Shown: positions 48,008-55,684 of the stretch, in pieces | Position numbering within the stretch: the stretch's first letter is position 1 | How the letters are laid out: each line of letters begins with the position of its first letter | NCBI GenBank assembly: GCA_963934165.1 | Contig: CAWVXH010000003.1 | Coordinates: 43,102-107,101, forward strand | Origin: an uncultured Candidatus Poseidoniales archaeon | GTDB lineage: Archaea > Thermoplasmatota > Poseidoniia > Poseidoniales > Thalassarchaeaceae | Length of the DNA: 64,000 bases | Direction: 5' to 3' | Program-made: the position numbers and the translations under genes | The notes under the pieces: model-generated | Database searches by the model: none | What the model was told of the DNA's origin: nothing | What the model saw: only the letters and a program-made list of their open reading frames with translations

Positions 48008-49882
48008 TCACCCAATCTCTGAAATAAATTCTGAACGGCAGGCAGGACATCTAGATCTAATCGGGCGCTTAGCAATTGGAACACGTAAAACTTGGTCACA
48101 TGTTGGACAAGAAAGGATATCATCCATTGATTTAGAAGTGAGTTTCTGTTCTGGTTCAAAATTATCCGATAATTGATTCTCTAAGTTTACTGAATCATTC
48201 AAAACCTTCGTTTGGAAATTATTTACGGAAAATTGTTGAGTACACGCTGGACATTTCACATCACCTTCATGAGTTGATGGAATGTTCAACCTCTGATCAC
48301 AACCAGGGCATTGAATTTCTTTTTTAGATTCAGTTTGGTTTCGTCTTGAAATTCTAGTTTCCGATAAGCGTTTTGATTTGGCATCAGTTGTAGAAGGGGT
48401 TCGTTGAGAAAACGCTCGATAAACAACAGCACTTGCCATTACCAGAGATAACCCCGATAATGATCCATAAACAGCAGCAGCCATATTGAATGGTAGAACT
48501 ATACCTGTATCGACTTTTTCTTCAGCGATAATAGATATTTGCTCCGAAGTTACTAAACCTCCCATCAGCCAAATAATTTCTATATCGACGGTTTGAGAAT
48601 AGCTCCACGAAGGAATTAGCAGTGAACTAGAAAATGACCCACCGGGTCCAACCGGAGAAACATTTTGTTCAGCGAGGATTAAGTTATCTGCGACATTTAC
48701 TATTCGAATAATTCCAATTTGTGAAGATTCTGAGCCAGAATTATTTAACCAATAATTAATTGAAATAGGTTCTGATAATTTGGCTTGTGATGGAATAATT
48801 TCTCCGATTTCAACGGTTGTTAATATAGCAGGGGGCTGTAATTCAAGAATTAAAATTGCATCGCCATCAGATGCAAACCATCCATTTGCCGAACCAATTA
48901 TCTGTAACCGGTCCCCACCAGGGTGACCTAGAATTACTGAAATCACCCTTATTCCAGGAGACATTTCAAGGTTTAATGATTGGATTTCAGTGTATTCATT
49001 ATTGTTTTTTAATTGAATTGAAACATCGATCTCTCTCTCTTTTCCATCACTCATCAACAACTCAAAATTAATAATCAATCCATCATCATTAGTCCAATCC
49101 ATGTCCACTAATTGGATAGAAATTTGTTGTGCTTCTAAAATCACTAGATCCATGGTTCCATTCAAGTTGACTGAAACTCCACCTGTTGGTGAAATTATTC
49201 TCCAATCTATAGACTGTGGTCCATCTTGTCCAATCAAAAATGTAGTAATCACCTCTCTGCTTGAACCTGGGAAAATATATACCGAATCACCAATTGAGAT
49301 AATACTTCCATCCGGTTTGTAAAGACCCAATTCAACTTCACCACCATATTCACCATTATTATGAACAAGAATAGATGCAACTAACTCATCTCCGACATGT
49401 GCGGGTTGACCGATGATTGCAACATCAGGAGTTCCTGCTGCAGTGAAATTGATGGGGTTGGGGCCAATTCTCAACTCAAGTATTTCAAACACTTCTGAAT
49501 TAATAAGTTCAAGTTTACACAAGAGGTTTCCTTCGTACACCGGTCCAAATTGAATCTCGATTATAGAATAATCATCTTCATTCAATATTCCACTATTACC
49601 ACCATACCATTGGCCATTAAATCCAAAACTGAATTGCCAAGAATCATTCCCAACTGAAATCTGAGAAAGTTCGATACTCAATCGGACAATATCACCAGAA
49701 GAAATTGTAGCGTTTTCATTCTCTAACCCAGTTGAACCGTCTACAATCCTTACATCCCAAAGAGATGATTCTTCTATAGAATAATTACCGACCTCTGCAT
49801 GGGTCTCACTAACAAAAATTAATATTATCAACAATACTATTGATGAACGAGAGATAGAAGTCAAACTCTCACCGATACTCAT
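48008..49882 (-). CDS. Type-I membrane protein: signal peptide, CARDB-like beta-sandwich repeats, TM, cytoplasmic tail with two MJ0042-type zinc ribbons
   Basis: Signal LLIILIFVSETHA; VASILVHNNGEYGGEVELGLY (CARDB-like); TM AAAVYGSLSGLSLVMASAVVY; CPGCDQRLNIP...CPACTQQF and CPTCDQVLRVP...CPACRSEF. Confidence 0.6.
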   Translation of the reverse strand: MSIGESLTSISRSSIVLLIILIFVSETHAEVGNYSIEESSLWDVRIVDGSTGLENENATISSGDIVRLSIELSQISVGNDSWQFSFGFNGQWYGGNSGILNEDDYSIIEIQFGPVYEGNLLCKLELINSEVFEILELRIGPNPINFTAAGTPDVAIIGQPAHVGDELVASILVHNNGEYGGEVELGLYKPDGSIISIGDSVYIFPGSSREVITTFLIGQDGPQSIDWRIISPTGGVSVNLNGTMDLVILEAQQISIQLVDMDWTNDDGLIINFELLMSDGKEREIDVSIQLKNNNEYTEIQSLNLEMSPGIRVISVILGHPGGDRLQIIGSANGWFASDGDAILILELQPPAILTTVEIGEIIPSQAKLSEPISINYWLNNSGSESSQIGIIRIVNVADNLILAEQNVSPVGPGGSFSSSLLIPSWSYSQTVDIEIIWLMGGLVTSEQISIIAEEKVDTGIVLPFNMAAAVYGSLSGLSLVMASAVVYRAFSQRTPSTTDAKSKRLSETRISRRNQTESKKEIQCPGCDQRLNIPSTHEGDVKCPACTQQFSVNNFQTKVLNDSVNLENQLSDNFEPEQKLTSKSMDDILSCPTCDQVLRVPIAKRPIRSRCPACRSEFISEIG

Positions 49883-49930
49883 CAATACTCGTCGAATCAA
49901 TTGTCCGTATCAATGAAACCCATGTTCTAA

Positions 49931-49943
49931 GTCACATAGTGAC
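49931..49943. promoter_or_regulatory. Perfect inverted repeat GTCAC-ATA-GTGAC abutting a TATA-like ctttatg box about 27 nt upstream of the (leaderless?) ATG at 49977; candidate operator
   Basis: Read directly in the 94-bp divergent intergenic region. The operator function is inferred only from the nearby DtxR-family gene. Confidence 0.3.
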
Positions 49944-49976
49944 CTTTATGCACACCATCCAAGTGCCCCGAATCCA

Positions 49977-50858
49977 ATGGATACCGATGCACTGCTGTCT
50001 GTCGCACCCACAGATATGGCGAAAGCCTTACTTGCCCGTCGGCAGATGTTGAAAGAACAATTACCGACAGTAATTCGAACACTAGAAGCAGAGGAACAAT
50101 CGTTGGCTCCAAAGGTCGATCGAGTAGTGAATTCACACCGTGTATCGAATACTAAAGTAAGTGAATTAAAATCAATTAGGAATGAGTCTCAAATCAAGGC
50201 TGGAAAGTCCCTTAAACAAGTAAAACACTCACATGAAAAATTGCTTTCATCAGGTGGAATGATAAATTTAGATCCTACGTGGGTTAAGGAAAAATTACTT
50301 GAAGAACTTGAAGAAATAGAAGAAAAAATCCAAACATCTGCACTTGACCACAAAGCTGAGAAAAAACTCATCGACCGCAGAAAAAAATTGGTTGAAAAGA
50401 ATGAAAATTGGTTAAAAGAACGCAGAGATTCGAACCCTGAGATGGCAATATACATCGAAGAAAGGAAAAAAATGAGTGAATATTACCGGGAAGCAGACAA
50501 AACTCACCAGAACATGTTAGCCATGGTAAAAAAGGCTCAACCGCTTCATAAAAAACAGTTATTATTGAAAAATGAACTGATTGAGATACGCAGGCAACTC
50601 GACCGGGCAAAGGAATTGATGGCTCAATCTGAACGTACTATTTCATACTGGGAAAGAAGATTGAATGATGGATTTGGCGAGTTAGATACAGGTTTCTCTG
50701 ATTTATTAATTGCACAACAAAAGGTAGCCTCTGGTGGAAATTCTAGTTTCGCCAGAAAAAAACAGAATAATAACAAGAAACCCCCCGGAAAAAGCAACTC
50801 CACGAAAAAATCTCCTAAAAAGATTGAAGATAGTTCAAATGGAGGTGAAGAAGAGTGA
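49977..50858 (+). CDS. COG1340-like coiled-coil protein, paralog B (Lys-rich tail)
   Basis: LLEELEEIEEKIQTSALDHKAEKKLIDRRKKL and YREADKTHQ motifs; tail KKQNNNKKPPGKSNSTKKSPKK. Confidence 0.6.
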   Translation: MDTDALLSVAPTDMAKALLARRQMLKEQLPTVIRTLEAEEQSLAPKVDRVVNSHRVSNTKVSELKSIRNESQIKAGKSLKQVKHSHEKLLSSGGMINLDPTWVKEKLLEELEEIEEKIQTSALDHKAEKKLIDRRKKLVEKNENWLKERRDSNPEMAIYIEERKKMSEYYREADKTHQNMLAMVKKAQPLHKKQLLLKNELIEIRRQLDRAKELMAQSERTISYWERRLNDGFGELDTGFSDLLIAQQKVASGGNSSFARKKQNNNKKPPGKSNSTKKSPKKIEDSSNGGEEE

Positions 50859-51817
50859 GTAGCGAAGCAAAAGAGGGGATGTTTTCGGACCTTGAAGAAT
50901 TATCACATACTGAAGTGAAACAGCTGGCCAAGGATGCAGATATTCAAGTTAGATCCCTTGAACAAGAGCATCAAGATATTCGAGATGAACGGAAAAACCA
51001 AATTACTCTTGTAAAATCAATGCGCCTAGCAGTTGGAGATATGGAAGAGGGAAATCTGGAGCGGAAGAACTTGCTTCAACGATTTCATTCTGTAAGGAAA
51101 TCTTCAGAAATCGCGCGAAATCAAAGAGATGCTGTAAATAGAGCAATTCCCCCTCCAGTTAATATTCTAGAAGAATGGTTGGGGGAAACTCATCAAAGGT
51201 TAGTTACGATTAACAATGATTTGACAACAGTTCCAACCTTAAATAGGGAAATTGAGATGTTCAAACGGTTCTTCGAAATACAGGCATCAGTTGTAAGAAA
51301 ATATGATTCAGAAAAATATCATTCCCAATATGTGAAACATATTGAATCGATAAGGGAAATAACTTCAGAATTGGATAAAACTAGAAAACCTAAACCTTCA
51401 AAATCAGAGCAAACAGATGTGGAAGAGGAAAACAATATATCTCATTCAGAACTCAGAAAAATAAGTAAACGAATTTCTAATATTGATAAAAAATTAGATT
51501 CACTATACTCAGAGGTAAAAGAACAAAAGAAGGAACTTAAACGGCTGCGGTCGTATGTAAATATTACAAGAGGAAGAGGGAAACCGATTAAAATCGCAGA
51601 AGTAAAAAGTCGTGCGCAGCGTGGTGGCTCACTAAATACTGCTGAACTTGGAGCCCTCCTCAATTCAGGAGGATTAACTGAATTAACAAGCGGGGATACT
51701 TCAAAGACATTAAAATCTAAACTAACTAAATCCAATTCAAAACAACCAAGAAAAAAAATTGGAGTCGCCCGCCGAGGAGCTAGGAAAGGAACTCTAGCTA
51801 CACGCAGAGATGAGTAA
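50855..51817 (+). CDS. COG1340-like coiled-coil protein, paralog C (Arg/Lys-rich tail)
   Basis: GTG start in a GTGA overlap with paralog B, preceded by ggaggtga. Coiled-coil sequence; GGSLNTAELGALLNSG C-terminal motif. Confidence 0.6.
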   Translation: MSSEAKEGMFSDLEELSHTEVKQLAKDADIQVRSLEQEHQDIRDERKNQITLVKSMRLAVGDMEEGNLERKNLLQRFHSVRKSSEIARNQRDAVNRAIPPPVNILEEWLGETHQRLVTINNDLTTVPTLNREIEMFKRFFEIQASVVRKYDSEKYHSQYVKHIESIREITSELDKTRKPKPSKSEQTDVEEENNISHSELRKISKRISNIDKKLDSLYSEVKEQKKELKRLRSYVNITRGRGKPIKIAEVKSRAQRGGSLNTAELGALLNSGGLTELTSGDTSKTLKSKLTKSNSKQPRKKIGVARRGARKGTLATRRDE

Positions 51818-51899
51818 ACGCTAGGACGAAAACGCCGCACTGCTACTATGGTATTATATGCAACATGAATGCGCCGAGAAGACAGGAGAGGAGTGTTTG

Positions 51900-52769
51900 A
51901 TGGATTACGCAGAAGTTCGAAGCACCCTTATTCCGAAGAATAAATCATTAGATGAAAAATTAAATTTATTCAGAAGCGATAGAGACGAATGGAATTCCAG
52001 AGTGAAGAAATATTTGACTGAAAGAAACGAAATCAATCGCCAAGTAAAGGAATTAATTTCAGAAGTTCAAAAGCAGAAACTGGTTAGAGACGAAGCAAAT
52101 TCTAGCGTTAAAGAATTAAAAATCATAAGGGCAGAACATTCAGATAAACTTAAAGCGTTACGTGTAGAATTAAAAGAGAAAAAACCTGATGAAAAAGAAA
52201 AGTTCGAATCTAAGAAGGAACGAAAAAGATCTGAAAGACAGATTAGTAATGACATTGAGAGCTTAGATAACAAATATCAAAGAGGGGCTTTTCAGGATAA
52301 CGAAAAGAAATTCGAACGTAGTATGAAAAAATTATATCAAGAATTAAAAGATGTCAAAGCTAGTAAAATGTTGAACAAATTCGCGGGATTAGAAGCAGAC
52401 ATTCGTGCTGCCTCTTCATTACAAGAAAATTCCCATAAGACCGTCGAAAGGGCTGTCGGTACGGCTCAAGAAGCCCATGATCTAATGATCGAGTTATCCG
52501 AAGAGGTAGATCGTTTGAGAGAAATAGCAAATTCTGCTCAGGAAGGAGTAATTCGCTCAAAAAGAGAGGCAGATGCATTGCATAGGAAATATATTGTATC
52601 ACTTCGAAGTATTCATTCAATTCAAGATTTGTTAAAGGCTATGAACAAGCATGAACGTGAGAGCGAAGAAGATGGGAACGAAAAGTTAGAGATCAATGAT
52701 TTGATGACTAGATTGATGGCCGGTGACACACTTTCCACCGAAGAATTGATGGCTTTACAACGAAATTAA
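51900..52769 (+). CDS. COG1340-like coiled-coil protein, paralog D
   Basis: RSDRDEWNSRVKKYLTERNEINRQVKELISE, KREADALHRKY, C-terminal LMAGDTLSTEELMALQ. ATG at 51900 preceded by ggagaggag. Confidence 0.65.
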   Translation: MDYAEVRSTLIPKNKSLDEKLNLFRSDRDEWNSRVKKYLTERNEINRQVKELISEVQKQKLVRDEANSSVKELKIIRAEHSDKLKALRVELKEKKPDEKEKFESKKERKRSERQISNDIESLDNKYQRGAFQDNEKKFERSMKKLYQELKDVKASKMLNKFAGLEADIRAASSLQENSHKTVERAVGTAQEAHDLMIELSEEVDRLREIANSAQEGVIRSKREADALHRKYIVSLRSIHSIQDLLKAMNKHERESEEDGNEKLEINDLMTRLMAGDTLSTEELMALQRN

Positions 52770-53708
52770 TCACTTTTTGTCGTATAATTTTCCATTCCGA
52801 CCATGTAGGATTTGTTCGTCTCCTCCTTCAAATTGTAAATTCCAGCCAGGAATTAGTAAGATAGAGCTAGACATTGAAATTGTATCTAGATTAGCTCTCC
52901 ACCATTCGAGTAACATACTTTTTACTTTGGATGATGATTCAGAACCTTTCTGAATCATTCTTGTGTCTAGTAAAGGTTTGATGTTTTTTAATAATTTTTC
53001 ATTAGATAACCAAGGATTACTAGGTTTTATTTTCCTTAAATTAATATCTGATTCTAGAACCTCGTCATTAGAAAACTCACCGGTTGATTCAGACCAAGGG
53101 TCTTCGATTATTTGCCAATTCTTGGATTTTATTTCCCCACTAGGGCTAACTAAACTTCCAGAGATGCTCCATAATTTACATTCTAAAACAATTGGGATGG
53201 TATTCACGGTTGCCCAACCCCTGTTATCAAGCCAAGACTCTAAATCTACAATTGGACGCAGAAAAATAGTCTCAACGTCTTGATTATAGATTGATTTTGG
53301 ATAATTCTGAGTAGTTAGATCATCTGTTTTTGAATTAAGAATTGACTCTAAATCACCATTCAATACCGCTTTACCAATCCACGAAGAAAACAGAGGAGAA
53401 TCCCAAAATTGAATGTTATCTAATTTGGACAAAAGCAGTTCCGATTGAGATGTCAAATTACGTTCACTAAGGAACCAATGATTTCCTTGGGGAGCATCCA
53501 CTAACCATCTCTCGATTTCATTTACATCAATGGGTAAAATTCCCTTTGGGATATACCAAACAAATATTTTATAATTTCCAGAGAAATGAACTTCGGGTAA
53601 TGCAAAGATTGAGCCAATGCACTTAAAATCAAAAGGAGCAAAATTCATTTTCTCCGAATTAAGGATGTCACCCCGTGAAGCGAACAGTGCTCGCACAGTC
53701 TCTTCCAT
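52770..53708 (-). CDS. Hypothetical protein (312 aa) occupying the position downstream of rpl30e
   Basis: Long ORF, Trp-rich, no KH or GxxG motifs, so it is not NusA. The N-terminal FDF...PEVH...YKIFVWYIPKG is vaguely nuclease-fold-like, but this is unsupported. Confidence 0.5.
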   Translation of the reverse strand: MEETVRALFASRGDILNSEKMNFAPFDFKCIGSIFALPEVHFSGNYKIFVWYIPKGILPIDVNEIERWLVDAPQGNHWFLSERNLTSQSELLLSKLDNIQFWDSPLFSSWIGKAVLNGDLESILNSKTDDLTTQNYPKSIYNQDVETIFLRPIVDLESWLDNRGWATVNTIPIVLECKLWSISGSLVSPSGEIKSKNWQIIEDPWSESTGEFSNDEVLESDINLRKIKPSNPWLSNEKLLKNIKPLLDTRMIQKGSESSSKVKSMLLEWWRANLDTISMSSSILLIPGWNLQFEGGDEQILHGRNGKLYDKK

Positions 53709-53794
53709 AGTATGGCATCGCTACCATTGCTATCAAACAAGCGTTGAAATCAATAAAGAATAGTATCATTCAAGATAGAATAAGCAATTCCAAT

Positions 53795-54091
53795 TCAAAC
53801 ATTCGTTGACAAATCAAGTAATTCACTCTGTCCAGGATCGATAACACAAATTGTACTCACAGGGAACGGTTTCGCACAGGCAGCACCTAGTTGTCGATTA
53901 ACCATCGTGACCTGATGAATTATTACATCAGGATGATTGGTTCGCAAATCACTAATGTAATTTATTGGACAGTTTGCTGCGACTAAGATTAGTCTTGCAT
54001 CACCATTTGAACATGCACCCTTTGCTTGGCGTTGACCAAAAAGAAGATTTCCAGTATTAATTCCTTGTTTTAATTGACGTGATATATCCAT
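53795..54091 (-). CDS. rpl30e: 50S ribosomal protein L30e
   Basis: About 98 aa; L..GINTG.LLFG.RQ..K......ARLILVA.NCP pattern; conserved position after rpoA''. Confidence 0.85.
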   Translation of the reverse strand: MDISRQLKQGINTGNLLFGQRQAKGACSNGDARLILVAANCPINYISDLRTNHPDVIIHQVTMVNRQLGAACAKPFPVSTICVIDPGQSELLDLSTNV

Positions 54092-54103
54092 TCAAAATCC
54101 CCC

Positions 54104-55684
54104 TCAAGCATCCTCTGGGATGTAATAAAGATCAACACTGCCAGTGCCGAGAGCGACTGGTTGACCAACGATGATGTTTTCAGTCACACCACGGAGCTTA
54201 TCTCTCTCACCGATAATACCTGCTCTAAGCAAGTGTGTGACTGTTACTTCGAAAGCCGAACGAGCTAGAATACTGTGTTTAGTACCACTAACTCCATGAC
54301 GTCCAATCGCTCGTACTTCTCCTTCGCTGGTCATAACATCAGAGACCATCAATAAGTGACGAATATCTACATCTAGGCCTGCGCCTTGTAAAGTATCTAA
54401 CATTTCATTGATGATCGCTTGTCGAGCGGCTTCAATTCCCAAGTAGGCATAAATCTCAGTTACGTTATTTGTATAAGTTCGTGCTCGATCAACTCCAGCA
54501 AAAATACTCACCTTAGCAAGATTAGAACCGATTGTAGAGATGTAATAGTCTCCAGTTTCCTTGCTAGGTCCCTGCACATTAGCTCTAATGACGTCCGGTA
54601 AACCTTTTAATCGGAGTTTTTTGATTTTCTCCTCGAGTTGAAGTAACGCGGTGTAAGTAGGTGGATCATTAGCTAAATCAGCTAGGTCATCTTCTTTGAT
54701 AACACCTGGAATAATCTTCAAATTCTTAGGTTTGTCTTCATTATCTGCTTGAATATATAATCGGAGAGCGCGAGATAATTTATCTCGAACTTCTGCTCCA
54801 TTCATCTTTTTCAAACGAAGGTTTCGAGCATTCAATGACAAGCTAATATATCGTTGAGTGATATCTACGTCAATAGAAGCGATGTCTACGGTCGTGGTTG
54901 TTTCGAGACCAGCAGCAATCTCTTGGACGAGTTTTTCATTCGTTCTCAATGGTTTACCCTTAGCATTAAATTCTTCTAAATAAATTCTCATTGTAGGAGT
55001 CTTAGGAACCTTTCTTGCATCTACAATTTCAATAATTCTTGGTAAACCTTGTGTGACGTTGACAGTTGCAACACCAGCATAGTGGAATGTTCTCATCGTC
55101 ATTTGAGTTCCCGGCTCACCAATAGATTGGGCAGTTGTAATACCAACTGCTTCGTGTGGATCTACTCTCGCCTTAGAAAGGTAATACGAAGCTGATTTAA
55201 TGACCTTTTTTGCTTTTGCTGGAGTCAATTTCTTAACATCTCTGGAGATTAATCCATTAACAAGATCGTTTACAATTCTAGGGGACATAGATACATTCAT
55301 CTTTGCAGCTAATTTTGATAGCACTTGATACATTTCTGATTCGACGTCTACATCCCTTAGGATTTGGACCATCTTTGAACCGCTATCATAGTCTTGAATC
55401 GGCAAAGATTTCTTAGCGCGAGTTCTAGAACGAGCACTTGGTTTTCTACGTACTAATGTCTTGTCAATTCTAGCAGCAGCGCGTTGGGCTGCCTTGGATG
55501 AGCCTGCCATTACTTCGAAGATTTTTGACGCTGTTCCTGAATCGGTTCCACATATCTGAGCAATTTGAGCAGAGGTTAATACTTTCACATCATCCCATTT
55601 CTTATCATCAGCAAGTTTGTGAGCGTATTCTTCCTCAATTCCGAGATCCATCAACTTCTTCTTTGTTGCACTCTTTACTACCAT
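54104..55684 (-). CDS. rpoA2: DNA-directed RNA polymerase subunit A'' with ~100-aa N-terminal extension
   Basis: [27 protein letters not shown] and downstream Rpb1 C-terminal-half blocks. ATG overlaps the rpoA' stop (TGATG). Confidence 0.95.
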   Translation of the reverse strand: MVVKSATKKKLMDLGIEEEYAHKLADDKKWDDVKVLTSAQIAQICGTDSGTASKIFEVMAGSSKAAQRAAARIDKTLVRRKPSARSRTRAKKSLPIQDYDSGSKMVQILRDVDVESEMYQVLSKLAAKMNVSMSPRIVNDLVNGLISRDVKKLTPAKAKKVIKSASYYLSKARVDPHEAVGITTAQSIGEPGTQMTMRTFHYAGVATVNVTQGLPRIIEIVDARKVPKTPTMRIYLEEFNAKGKPLRTNEKLVQEIAAGLETTTTVDIASIDVDITQRYISLSLNARNLRLKKMNGAEVRDKLSRALRLYIQADNEDKPKNLKIIPGVIKEDDLADLANDPPTYTALLQLEEKIKKLRLKGLPDVIRANVQGPSKETGDYYISTIGSNLAKVSIFAGVDRARTYTNNVTEIYAYLGIEAARQAIINEMLDTLQGAGLDVDIRHLLMVSDVMTSEGEVRAIGRHGVSGTKHSILARSAFEVTVTHLLRAGIIGERDKLRGVTENIIVGQPVALGTGSVDLYYIPEDA

